From contig OZ250165.1 in assembly GCA_965238005.1 (NCBI GenBank), positions 608,001 to 672,000 on the forward strand: a stretch of DNA of 64,000 nt, read 5' to 3'. The number at the start of each line of letters is the position of its first letter. Positions within the stretch are counted from its first letter, which is position 1. The notes beneath the pieces are model-generated. The model saw only the letters and a program-made list of their open reading frames with translations, searched no databases and had not been told where the DNA came from. A program made the translations under genes and the position numbers. Shown one piece after another: positions 44,651 to 55,106 of this stretch. Source of the stretch: Longimicrobiales bacterium. Lineage in GTDB: Bacteria; Gemmatimonadota; Gemmatimonadetes; Longimicrobiales; Gaopeijiaceae.

Positions 44651-44782
44651 CCGGAGGATATGAATTACGGCAAGAAGTCTTCTAAGTTTAACTGGGACTG
44701 CATGATCTGCCGCTCTTGCCGTTAGACCATATCTGATTCCACCGTACCGAAATAGCGGGAAAACGGCATCAAACAGCGGGAA
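44649..44782. repeat. att-arm-like element, family 2 copy A
   Basis: Similar to 61085-61217 at constant offset; internal IR ACGGCAAGA/TCTTGCCGT. Confidence 0.8.
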
Positions 44783-44833
44783 TCCGAGCCTGGTGGCATG
44801 AGCGCACGTGTCGACGTCGATGCAGGTGAATTT

Positions 44834-44869
44834 CCTTCAATGAGGCCGGGGCAGATCAGCCCCGGAAAT
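44834..44869 (-). CRISPR. Solitary type I-G (I-U)-like CRISPR repeat; no array or cas genes
   Basis: Minus strand ATTTCCGGGGCTGATCTGCCCCGGCCTCATTGAAGG, 36 nt; CCGGGGC/GCCCCGG stem; CATTGAAG 3' handle. Confidence 0.7.
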
Positions 44870-45232
44870 CTACTGGAATGCCGCACATCGACGCGGAGCG
44901 GAGAAGCCGCACGGAAGGTGAGTTCGGCCATTGGTATTCTCTCCTTATCATGTAGGTCACTGGGAGCATCTGCGGGTCGGGGCAAGCCGTGGGACACCAT
45001 CCCAGTTGTTCTCCTCCTTTCTTCGGAGTCGGGACGGCAAACCAAACGGGCCCACGAAGGTATTGGGAGCATCGCCCAAGGCTCGGTCGGGCGCGTGGCG
45101 ATCCGGCGGCGACGCGTCCGTTCAGACTGATTCGTACAGCCTTCGCCGTGATCGTGGAGGTCGGCATCGCCCTCGCAACTACTGGAGCGCCCGAGACCGC
45201 CGCCTTATAGTCGATCCCTCGGACTCGCGCCA

Positions 45233-45649
45233 TCACGGGGTCTGCCAGCGCCGCAGCGACGATACGCCCCCCGCTCTCGAGGCGCGACTCGCGTATCGTT
45301 CGTCCGCCGTCACAAACACACCGCCGAGGCCGAGCGCCACGGCATGGTACGCCACGTCGTAGAATGCGACTCCGTACGTCACAGACAGAGACACAGCCCG
45401 GGTTCTCCACCTCGAGTCCAGCCGTGCCTCCGTCAGGCCGAAATCGGCCAACGATGCGAGCAGCTCGTCAGCGTCATCGGGAAACCGCCTCGCCAGCGTG
45501 TTGCCCATCTCGTAGATCCAGAGCTGGGGAACGACCAGCTCGATGGCTCCCGCCACGGCTTCGTCACGCAACAATAGCGCCGCGTCCTGCTCGTCATTGC
45601 CTGGAAGAACCCACTTGAGAAGGACCGATGCGTCGGGAGTCACGATCAC
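45233..45649 (-). CDS. vapC: PIN-domain VapC toxin
   Basis: DASVLLKW, YEMGN, FYDVAY, VTAD. Confidence 0.9.
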   Translation of the reverse strand: MIVTPDASVLLKWVLPGNDEQDAALLLRDEAVAGAIELVVPQLWIYEMGNTLARRFPDDADELLASLADFGLTEARLDSRWRTRAVSLSVTYGVAFYDVAYHAVALGLGGVFVTADERYASRASRAGGVSSLRRWQTP

Positions 45650-45795
45650 GACAGCCGTTGCTCCCGCTCCTCGCGTATCCATCGGACAATTTGGTCGGTC
45701 TCGACCGTAGGCAGCCGCGCGCGCAGGGCGTCCATTCGGGCGGAGGCGTCCCGACGTGCGGCAACGCCTGCCCACTCCCGGATCGCAGCGTTTAT
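45646..45795 (-). pseudogene. VapB-like antitoxin, C-terminal part
   Basis: INAAIREW...IVRWIREER; GTGA overlap with vapC; 5' end missing. Confidence 0.6.
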
Positions 45796-45868
45796 GGCAC
45801 GTCACGAGAGAGGGGCGTGCTCAGCAGTCGGAGCGGTGGGGATGAAGGACTAGATTCTGAAGGTGGCC

Positions 45869-48050
45869 CTACAGCTCGTGAGGTGCGGAGATCACGTTCG
45901 GCAGGGAGTAGGTTAAGTCGTCTGGCAACGGGGACCCCGCATAAGCCGGGTTGAGCGCACCTTGAGCCCAATCGCAGAGAAGCAGCCCGCCACAATCCTC
46001 CAAACCCGTCAACGTCCGGAGTCTGAAGAACCAGACACCAGCGACATGCCTCATTCGCGGATCTCGGAACACGCCGTTCCCGAGGCGCCTTTCTTCTGCG
46101 ATCGACCCCCACCCTCTTGGATCCGGACGTGCGACCACAATAGGATCGCCAAAGAGAGCGGCCCATGCATCATCTTCTACGCCCAGGAAGGCGTCGCAAT
46201 TTAGCGCCCCCGGTTTCTCTGGACAGTAGATTGGCAAAGAGAGCGGGTCCAGAGAGAAAGGGACGTGATGGCCCAGAAGCCGAGGGAAAAGAAGGCGACC
46301 GAAGGTCGTGAGAAGGTACCCGAGCGGTGGAGCGCACAGCATAAGACGGAGGTGGTGCTGCGCCTGCTGCGGGGGGAGGATCTGGTGGAGGTCAGCCGCG
46401 AGGTGCAGGTCTCACCACCGGAGTTGGAGGAATGGCGGCGGGTGTTTCTGGAGACCGGTCAGCAGGGGCTGAGGCGCCGGGGCCGGGACCCTGGAGAACG
46501 AGAGCTGACCCGGACCCAGGCGAAGCTGGGAGAGTTGACGATGCGACTGGAGCTTGCGAGAGAGCTCCTGGAAAAAAGGGGGTACGGGGACGAGCTACGG
46601 ACGCTCTTGAAGCGTGGACGCGAGTGAGTCCGGGGACCGGGCGGCCCTACCCTCTGACGATGATCTGCGAGGCCTGGCGGGTGGGGCGCTCGACGGTCTA
46701 TGCGGCCCGGGATCGAGAAGAGAGCGAGGGGCCGGCAGAGCCGAAGAAACGAGGACCGAAGACGAAGCTGAGCGACGAGGAGTTGGTAGAGGAGATCCGA
46801 CAGGTGCTGAAGCAGAGCGACTTCCTGGGCGAGGGTCATCGAAAGGTGAGGGCGCGCCTGAGGCCGAAGGGGATCCATGTGGGCAAGAACCGCGTGCTCA
46901 GGCTGATGCGGGAGAATGGGCTGCTGGCCCCTGTACGACGCGGGAAGCATCCGCATGGGGACCGGAGCCACAGTGGCCGGATCACGACGGACGTGCCGAA
47001 CGAGCTGTGGGGCACGGACGCGACGCGGTTCTACACGAAGGAGGATGGGTGGTGCTGGTTTTTCGTGGCGGTGGATCACTGCGTCACGGACGTGGTGGGC
47101 TGGCACGTGGCGAAGAAGGGCGATCGGTGGGCAGCGCTCGAGCCGATCCGCCAGGGCGTACGGACCCACATGGACGACTACGCGCCCAAGATCGCTCTGG
47201 GGCTCGGCCTACGGCACGACTGGGGACCGCAGTACACGGCGCATCAGTTCCAGGGGGAGCTGGCCTGGCTCGGGATCCGCTCGACGGCCTCGTACGTGGG
47301 AGAGCCGGAGTGCAACGGCGTCGCAGAGCGCTTCATGCGGACGCTGAAGGAGGAGTGCTTGTACCTCCACGACTTCAAGAGTCTCGAGGAGGCCAGACAG
47401 GAGATCGACGCGCTTATCGAACGCTACAACCGCGGGTGGCTCCTAGAGCGGCATGGGTATCGGACCCCGGCCCAGGTCCGTCAGGCGCTCACCCTGAAGG
47501 CGGCTTGATTAGGCCGCCGACTTGTCCAGCAAACCGGAACCGACACTATGATGAGCCCCGGCTCTGCCTCAGGGAGCTGCGCGGCAGCCTCTTCAATCGC
47601 TCCTCGCCAAAGGGTCGATCCTGGCAACGGTTCCGACGTGACTCCAGGGCCCTCCCCCAAGTACCTGGGATCCGCCCCAGGCCGGGATCCACTGTAGCCG
47701 ACAAGACCCGGCGTGATCTCGTTCCCATCGCGGGCGAATGGGAATCTATCTCGTTGATGCTTCACTTCGACGTAAATCCACAGGCCGTTGAATAGGACTC
47801 GGGCGTCACATCGGCGCTGCCAACGGCCGATCGCATGCGGTTCAACAGCGGTCGCCTTGCTGCTCACTCGCGCTATCGCAAACAGCTCTGGTATCGATCC
47901 CGGCTCACCCTGTAAGACACGGCTGACATACGCGGCGCGCACCGCTTGGGCGGACAGGAGCCGACCTAGCCTCCCGCAATCTGAAATGACTCGCGAAGCT
48001 TCTGCGTCTCCCAAGCGGACTCGTAGCTCAACCTCAGTTTCGCTGGTCAT
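45869..48050 (-). pseudogene. PD-(D/E)XK-like protein apparently split by the IS3 element
   Basis: N part CDARV....WIYVEVK...IEEAAAQLP (47549-48050); C part on the same strand beyond the IS (45869-46201). Confidence 0.5.
46202..47548 (+). mobile_element. IS3-family element, orfA (46268-46627) and orfB (to 47508)
   Basis: HTH orfA; DDE orfB (WGTD, LRHDWG.QY, NGVAERF.RTLK); slippery AAAAAAG at 46572; imperfect terminal IRs; no clear target duplication. Confidence 0.9.
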
Positions 48051-48139
48051 TGCTCCTCGATCGCTTTCCCCGTCCAAGGCTGTACGCCGAAAGCAGCTCG
48101 CCATCCTGAGATTCGGGTTTCGGGGTTACGCCGTCCGGA

Positions 48140-48575
48140 CTAGCTAGGTTTCAGCTGAGCCTCAGCATGCTCCAACCAGGGTACATCGGCGTCAGCGGTG
48201 AAATGGCGCATCATGTCTATCGCGACACGAACCATCTGGCGGGGGTCGCCGTCGAGGAGCTGATGGAGAAGCGACTCACGATCTAAGTGTCCTTTGACAT
48301 AGAAGTCAGCGCTCTTCAAGTGGACTGTCGAGTCACGAACTCGTTTAAGGCGCTTGAACGACGCCCAAAGCTTCCGGTCCTTCGGAAGGTCAATCCTTGT
48401 GAGGGTTGGAAGAGCCTGGGAGTACTTCTCCTCAGTGCTCAGTTGGCGCTGAATCTCCTCGGATGTCCACTTCACCGCCTGTCCGCGAAACTCAAGCTCT
48501 ACCGTTTTAGGGTCTCGAAGTGATTCATCGATCGAGATGTTGGCGAACGCCTCCAACGCCTGAAATGAAAGCGCT
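48140..48575 (-). pseudogene. HEPN-domain protein, 5'-truncated
   Basis: ALEAFAN...RDSTVH (Rx4H) motif. Confidence 0.6.
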
Positions 48576-48758
48576 CCAGAACAGCTGCTCAAGGAGCTCC
48601 TTCTGGGTCCAGAGTCGAACCTTGAAGAAGCTGCCCGCCAACTCCTTCTGCACGTTGGTCTTGAAGCCTCCCCAAGCGACGAATAGGCCCTCCTGCGCAC
48701 TGAACTTAGAGACGGCTCCGAGCAGCTTGTCGACGGTTGGCCGGTCAATCGGTGCTTT
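48575..48758 (-). pseudogene. mrr: Mrr-family endonuclease C-terminal part (displaced, opposite strand)
   Basis: PIDRPTVDKLLGA...GLFVAWGGF...VRLW, the segment expected after EVKS. Confidence 0.8.
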
Positions 48759-49340
48759 CATGACGGCGGACTGGGCCGCCCACCTCGCCGGCTAGACTCT
48801 GGAACCGGAGGCCGCGCCGAGCCGCCGAAGGACCTCCGCCGATCCTCGAGCGCTGGCCGATTCCGCAGCCGAGAACCATTAGCGGCTCGGACCATGATCC
48901 CGCTCTCGCCCACGCTGGCGCATCAGGTCCAGCGCCCGCGTCCATTGGGATCGAAGCAGGACGGCGGCCTGTCCTTCGCCCCGTCGGCGGGGAGTCGAGC
49001 GGGTGTCGGAGACGCCAAGGCCCCGGTCCGGGGCAAAGGGCTCCTGTCCATGGGCTGGGTTAGGCCTTCGCCAACGGAAGCGTGTGGTACTCCGAGGAAC
49101 CACCGAGAGCCCGTGGCGCCTCTTAGCTCAGCTCGCGGTTGGTCAAGGCGGCGATCCTGGAACACAGCCGGTGTAGGCCCGACGCAGAGAGTTCAGCGGC
49201 TCGCGGGCGAGTTGCTCGTCCGGGTGACCCAGGTCAGCTTAGGGGGTGGTGTGGGTGGAAGTGTGGAGTCACAGCCTCTGCGGCGGCGATGGCCATGATG
49301 TGGAGGCGACAAGTCTAATGCAAGATCGAGGCACTCTCTC

Positions 49341-50114
49341 ATGGCGGTATGGCTGGTGCGTGGCGGAGCCCACGGCGAGTACGAACAGAAGTTCATCCAA
49401 GAGGACCGCATCTACGTCACCTGGGACATGCTGGATGTCAATCTCGCCCGCTTGAAGGCACGGGAGGATCTCCTTGCGGCAATGACCGACCGCTATGCGA
49501 CAGCCAAGCCTAAGACCATTCTCAATTGGGCCAGCCAGCTCTGGCCGTTCGCGCATCGAATGCAGGTGGGCGATCTAGTGGTCCTTCCACTCAAAGGACA
49601 GCCGGCTGTCTACGTTGGCGAGATCATAGGCGACTATCACTTCGAGCCGAACGGCCCGGATCCGTACTTCCACTGGCGACCGGTCAAGTGGATCGGCGAA
49701 GCCATCCCACGGGCCAGCTTCGGAAAAGACCTGCTTCACTCGTTTGGCTCGTTCATGACGATCTGCCGCATCAAGCGCAACAACGCGGAGGACCGGCTGG
49801 AGGCGATGCGACAGTCAGCCTGGAAGTCCGATCCGGGCATCAAGGGTCAGACGGGAACCATCGAGGACCCGGATGACGAGACCGATGCCGTTGGCGTCGA
49901 CCTCGAACAGCTCGGCCGGGATCAGATTGCCCGGCTCATCTCTGCTAAGTTTTCAGGCCACAGCCTGGCGAGACTTGTTGAGGCAATCCTCCAGGCTCAA
50001 GGCTACACAACGTACCGTAGCTCCGAGGGTGCGGACGGAGGTGCGGACATCCTGGCAGGCTCTGGGCCGCTCGGGTTCGGCATCCCTCGTCTGTGTGTGG
50101 AAGTCAAGTCTGAG
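49341..50114 (+). pseudogene. mrr: Mrr-family restriction endonuclease N-terminal part
   Basis: WLVRGG; MQVGDLVVLP; GADGGADILA...VEVKS; truncated at 50114. Confidence 0.88.
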
Positions 50115-50122
50115 TATAAGCT

Positions 50123-50214
50123 GTAAATCTATGATATACTGTGCGTTACGTATTCCATAAAACGTCCTCCGTCACCCCTGTGATCACCCTTTACGCTTCG
50201 GGTTGCGGAATCCC
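50123..50214. repeat. att-arm-like AT-rich element, family 1 copy B
   Basis: Matches 35914-36005 at offset 14209. Confidence 0.8.
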
Positions 50215-50414
50215 CCCAAAACCCCCGAACACTTGGAGCTTGAACTGGCGCCCGAAAACTACCGGCTCAAGCTGAGTTCGCTGCCCAAGGTCTGCCCCGA
50301 CAAGAACTTCAAGTTCCGGGTGACCGGACACCGGCATCCGCTCGAACCTGCCACGTAGCCCCGGTGGCCGTCGGATCGCCGGGACGATCCCCGGAAACCG
50401 GCCCGCCTACCGGC

Positions 50415-51707
50415 TCAGGGGCTGTATACGTAGACCACCGGCAGCTTGGAAACGTCGGTGACGCTCCTGTCCGTGTGGTGGTAGATGTTCATCCGTCCCG
50501 TGCCGCAGTCGCCGAACCGGTCGCAGGATAGCGTCCCGACCAGGCCGCTCATAGCGGTTGCCCCCACCTGCTCGCGCAGTGCCGCCCGGTCTATGTGCAG
50601 CCTGTCACCGTCCTCCACGGCAACGGCCTCGATGGCCGAGAGGAGGATGCTGGTCGCATCGTAGGCGTGCGCCCAATAGGGTGACTCGGGGAACCCGCCG
50701 TGCCTGGCCTCGAACGCGGCGAGAACCTGCTCCCCGCTCCGTCCTGTCACCTCGTTGACGTTTGAGCGAAAGTCCGATTCCGTCCCCGCGAAGTAGATCC
50801 CCTCCGACTGCGGCGTTTTCAGGAACGCGGACACCAGCAGCGCGTCCGCTGAAATCAGGGTCGTCCCTTCAAGCCTGTCGAAGGCCCGGGCCTGCGCGGC
50901 AAAGGCGGATCCCTCCGTGATGAACAGCGGGAAGAAGATGGCGTCCGGGCCGGCGACCGCGAACTGCTCCAGAACCTCCGTCATGTCGGTGTCACCCTTC
51001 TCGATTTCTGCCTGGGCCGGCACTTTGCCCCCGAGGGCCGAAAACGCGTCGGCGAACGCCGCCACGAGGGCGGACGTGTAGGGGTCGCCGTCGTGAACGG
51101 TGGCCACGCTCCGCAGCTCCAGCTGGTTGTAGACGAAGTCCGAGAGGGCGCGTGCCTGGTGGAGGTCGTTGGACGACACGCGAAAGTAACCGGCGTGATA
51201 GTCGGGGTTCGCGTTGCCGGCCAGGTCGGAGGTGAGCCGCGGCGAGGTGTTGCCCGGCGAAATCATGACCAAGCCCGCGTCGCTGATGACGGGCGACGCC
51301 GCCACGGCCGCGGCCGAGCAGATTGTTCCGATGACGCCGGCCACCTGCGGGTCCCCGATGATTCCAAGCGCACCTTCGCGGCCGCCTTCCGGCGAACAAC
51401 TGGTGTCAACCGGATCGCCCAGGTCGACCTGGCGCCCGTGAACGGGACCCATGTCCTCGACGGCGAACTCGGCCCCGTGCTGGGACACGGCCCCCAGCGA
51501 CGGCGTGACCGTGACCGAAAGCAGCATGCGGATCCGCACGGCCTTGCCTGCCTCCAAAGTGACCGCACCCAGCGGCCCGGGCTCGAATTCCGGCGGTGTG
51601 GTTGTACTTGGTGTGGTTGGACTTGGTGTGGTTGGACTTTCTTTGCATCCCGGCGTCGCAAGAACGGCGATCAGCGCCGCGACGGAAAAAACGATGCGCT
51701 TTCGCAT
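50415..51707 (-). CDS. Branched-chain amino acid ABC transporter substrate-binding lipoprotein (LivJ/K-like), orphan
   Basis: Lipobox TPGC; VIGTICS, ISPGNTSP.LT, YFRV, AYDA; PTTPS linker repeats. Confidence 0.9.
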   Translation of the reverse strand: MRKRIVFSVAALIAVLATPGCKESPTTPSPTTPSTTTPPEFEPGPLGAVTLEAGKAVRIRMLLSVTVTPSLGAVSQHGAEFAVEDMGPVHGRQVDLGDPVDTSCSPEGGREGALGIIGDPQVAGVIGTICSAAAVAASPVISDAGLVMISPGNTSPRLTSDLAGNANPDYHAGYFRVSSNDLHQARALSDFVYNQLELRSVATVHDGDPYTSALVAAFADAFSALGGKVPAQAEIEKGDTDMTEVLEQFAVAGPDAIFFPLFITEGSAFAAQARAFDRLEGTTLISADALLVSAFLKTPQSEGIYFAGTESDFRSNVNEVTGRSGEQVLAAFEARHGGFPESPYWAHAYDATSILLSAIEAVAVEDGDRLHIDRAALREQVGATAMSGLVGTLSCDRFGDCGTGRMNIYHHTDRSVTDVSKLPVVYVYSP

Positions 51708-52269
51708 GAGACCGACTCCTTCTTTTCTGTCATGTGTCGTGGGGTGACGGTCTATCCACCGGTGTGGACAGCCGCGCATCACTAACGTTAAACCGCCGGT
51801 TCGGATCCCACCACCTCCGCCCAGCGAACTTCCCTCATGCCAGGCGTCGAGGGCCGGGCTGCCGGTCGGTCGGGGCCTCCCCGGCTTCGGCCCATACGCT
51901 TGGCCGGCTCCTCGCCGTCTGGCGTGACATCGAGGTGACCCGCAGCCGCGCCTTCAATTGGCTGACGGTGACGGGCACGCCGCACGAGCGGTGCGGGCGC
52001 CGGCAGTCCAACGTCGGCGATATCGCCCGCGGCCTCTTACAGGTTGGCGGACTTCGTCCCAATCCCGGTGAACAGCAAGATCGCGGCCATCTCAATCATG
52101 CGGCTATCGATGGCCACGGCCTTGGCCCGCCCGCTGGCGAGCTCGGCCGACGTGGCGCGAGCGGCGACCATGGCGGTGCGGTGGGTCAGCCATCGGCGCA
52201 CCGGCGGCGGGTTTCGGGGGGGCGCACCGGCCGCGCGACCGCTGCCCCGGCAGCGGCGCGGGAAGCTGG

Positions 52270-52354
52270 GGGTTCGAAGGGGAAGCGGAGCCACCCCTCG
52301 CCAGCCCCTGCCGGGGACCCGCGAAGCGTGGCCCCAAAGGGTAGGCTGGCTTAA
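52270..52354 (+). other. ColE1/MOBP5-like oriT, copy B
   Basis: Ends GGTAGGCTGGCTTAA, containing the ColE1 nic octamer CTGGCTTA; 57 bp identical to copy A. Confidence 0.7.
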
Positions 52355-53022
52355 GCACCTTAGTCCGCACCGAAGGTGTGGAACTCGAACCCGCCCGTCA
52401 GCACCCCGCGACCCGGACGTGACCACGCGCGCCGTACTTCGGGATTGCCTCATCGCGCGGCGCCAGCACGTACCCGCACGCCCGCGCCGTGGCGACGAGA
52501 TTCCAATCTTCGGATCGCCACGCCGTCATCCGCCGGGTCTTTCTCAGCCCCGCGCGACGCCCAAGGGAGAACCCGTCACGGGTTCCGCGAACGTACCGTA
52601 TGGTCCCGTGTAATCGCGCTAGAAATATACGGGATCACATACGATAGAAACGAGTCAAACCAAAAACTACGACATTATTAAGTAACTATATATCACTTAG
52701 TTACGACGATGTCCGCACATCGTCGATAGCTGCCGCTCCCCACCGTGCACGCCAACAACGCCCGCTCCGCGCTCTCACGCCTGGCGAGCTGCGCCATGCA
52801 GGCCGAGGGCGCGCTCCCCTGGGACGTCACCTGCCGGGGCGTCGTGGACGGCATCTCGCTCGTGCTCCACATCACCCGGCAACGGGGCAGGCGGTTCGTC
52901 GAGGAGGCCATCCAAGTCCAGGGCTACGACGCGGCCACCGGCCGCTGGGTCACCGAACCGATATCGAGCGGGGTCGAGGAACCCCCCCAAAGCAGCACCC
53001 ACCAACCCAAGGAGGTGAACCC

Positions 53023-53220
53023 ATGACGAACGGTGAGACGACCATCCGCGTCGAGACGTTCGAAGACTTCGACCGGGAACTCGCGCGCGACGGCGGCGAG
53101 ACCCTCGAGGTCCCGGCCTACCTGGCCGAGGAGTACGGCCTCTTCCCCGAGGAGGTCGGGAGCGAGGAAGACATCCTGGACGCCGGCGCCGACCCGCACG
53201 GGGAGGAGGTGGACCGATGA
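53023..53220 (+). CDS. Small acidic hypothetical protein
   Basis: AAGGAGG RBS; D/E-rich; ATGA overlap with ardC. Confidence 0.6.
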   Translation: MTNGETTIRVETFEDFDRELARDGGETLEVPAYLAEEYGLFPEEVGSEEDILDAGADPHGEEVDR

Positions 53221-53978
53221 AGCACGACGAATACCACCGCAAGTTCGCCGACCGGGTCATCGAGCAGATCAAGCAGGGCACCGCGCCCTGGCAGAAGCCC
53301 TGGGCGCCGGGCGAGCGGGTGCTCCCCGCGAACGTGGACACCGACCGCTCCTATCGTGGCGGCAACAGCCTGCACCTCGCCGCCGTCCAGCAGGAGCGCG
53401 GCTACGGTGACGTGCGCTGGGGCACCTACCGCCAGATCCAGGCCCGCGGCGGACAGGTCCGGAAGGGCGAGACCGGCACCCGCATCCTCTCCTTCCAGGA
53501 TCACAAGAGAACCGCCGTCACCGACGAGCACGGCCAGCCCAGGAGGGACGGCGAGGGCAAGCGCGTCTACCGCTACGAGCGGCTCAAGGCGCCCTTCGTC
53601 CGCCAGTACACCGTGTTCAACGCCGAGCAGGCCGACGGGCTGCCCGCACGGTCCACCCCGACGCCCGAGCCGCTCTGGAAGACCCACCAGGAGGCTGAAC
53701 GGGTGCTCGAGGACGGAGGGGTTCCGATACGCCACGTCGCGGGCGACCGCGCCTTCTACCACCTGAACCGCGACGAGGTCGTGCTCCCCGAACGGGGACA
53801 GTTCCCCTCCGCCAACCACTACTACCAGACGGCGCTCCACGAGCTGGGCCACAGCACCGGCCACCCCGAGCGGATGAACCGCGAGACGCTCGTCGAAGGG
53901 ATCAAGACGGGCTTCGGGTCGCCCGACTACGCGAAGGAGGAACTGAGGGCCGAGATCAGCGCCATGATGGACACATAG
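53217..53978 (+). pseudogene. ardC: ArdC antirestriction protein, 3'-truncated
   Basis: APWQKPW, YRGGN, WGTYRQ, YTVFN, HELGH, YAKEELRAEI; cut by an AT-rich segment. Confidence 0.9.
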
Positions 53979-54027
53979 AATCCAGCAGCGTTCGTAGTCA
54001 TCCAGAGTATTCCATAAACTACCGTAT

Positions 54028-54040
54028 TATCAACACTTTA
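54028..54040 (+). promoter_or_regulatory. IHF-consensus site within an AT-rich att-like segment (53975-54115)
   Basis: TATCAACACTTTA matches WATCAANNNNTTR. Confidence 0.45.
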
Positions 54041-54115
54041 TAAGCATTCATCACCGATCTTACCGGCTCATAATATCTCTTTACATCCACCTTAATCCCC
54101 TATATTATGTGGGGT

Positions 54116-54355
54116 CGATTGCTCGCAACGCTCGAGATCGCGGCCGTGCCTCACGGGTTCCGGTCGAGCTTCCGGGACTGGGCGGCCGAGGAGACTGACC
54201 ATCCCCGCGAGGTCGTCGAGGCGGCGCTGGCGCATGTGGTGAAGAACAAGGTCGAGGCGGCCTACAGGCGTTCGGACCTGTTCGAGCGCCGACGTCGGCT
54301 CATGGACAACTGGGCGGCCTACCTACTCGTAGATGGAGAGGCCCAACGCCAGTGA
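54116..54355 (+). pseudogene. P4-type tyrosine integrase C-terminal fragment
   Basis: PHGFRSSFRDW...ALAH...AAYRRSDLFERRR.LM..WA. Confidence 0.92.
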
Positions 54356-54470
54356 AGGTTCCTCACGTGGAACGTCAACCAGGCGGGCGAATCCCAGCCC
54401 GAGCTGTGGGAGATGGTTCAGCGCGAAGATGCGGACGTCGTCTTGCTTCAGGAAGTCACGGGGATTCCAG
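54352..54470 (+). pseudogene. Endonuclease/exonuclease/phosphatase N-terminal fragment
   Basis: MKV, frameshift, LTWNVN...DADVVLLQEV. Confidence 0.7.
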
Positions 54471-55106
54471 GTCGGACCCGATCTGCCAGAAGTGCATGTC
54501 CACCAGTTTCATGAGCGGATACCGGGGGCTACCACAATCAATGATCTTGGACTGTAGCTCGGCCAGTTCCAGCCGATTGTCAATGCAGAACCGTAGGATG
54601 CGATCGACGAAGCGTCTATTCACACAAGAATACGGATACCGCTGTGCCCTGAAACCTTTGATGAAGAAGCGGTCGCACGCCGGGAGGCAACCTATCGTTC
54701 CCAGCAGGACCTTCGTGGTCAGCGTGTCCGTCGGCTTCCCGAATGGCTCGTACGCGGTCCTCACCGACTCCACCAGTGCCATGATGAGTTTGACGTCGTC
54801 ATCGTGGGTGCCAATATCACGTTGCCAGAGGTTCGAGAACTTAGGCGACGCCAAGGCACGGATGACGGGCAGGTGGGCAGTGTACGTACGCTGTAAGAGA
54901 AAGCTGGAACCCCGATACATACCCCAGCTCGCGAGGTAGAAGCCCAGTTGGAGGGCAGCGATATTTGCTACCTGTAGGAGGTCCCCGCAGTGCTCTCGGA
55001 AGAACCCGTAGCAGTGTTCCCAGGATCGGCCGCGACCATCCGTATCGCGAACACACTGATCGTCGTAGTACCTGCCAATGGTCTGTCCCAGTGTTACTTG
55101 ACTCAT
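54456..55106 (-). CDS. Hypothetical protein, possible HhH-GPD-like DNA glycosylase fold
   Basis: YLASWGMYRGSS; TKVLLG...PACDRF; C-terminal KLVDMHFW. Confidence 0.55.
   Translation of the reverse strand: MSQVTLGQTIGRYYDDQCVRDTDGRGRSWEHCYGFFREHCGDLLQVANIAALQLGFYLASWGMYRGSSFLLQRTYTAHLPVIRALASPKFSNLWQRDIGTHDDDVKLIMALVESVRTAYEPFGKPTDTLTTKVLLGTIGCLPACDRFFIKGFRAQRYPYSCVNRRFVDRILRFCIDNRLELAELQSKIIDCGSPRYPLMKLVDMHFWQIGSDLESP

Noticed and set aside
44881..44890. CCGCACATCG next to the solo repeat also occurs near 52713, as a possible spacer target
   Set aside because: A 10-nt match is compatible with chance in 64 kb of GC-rich DNA
52376..52400. GGAACTCGAACCC as a tRNA T-arm
   Set aside because: No anticodon or acceptor structure around it
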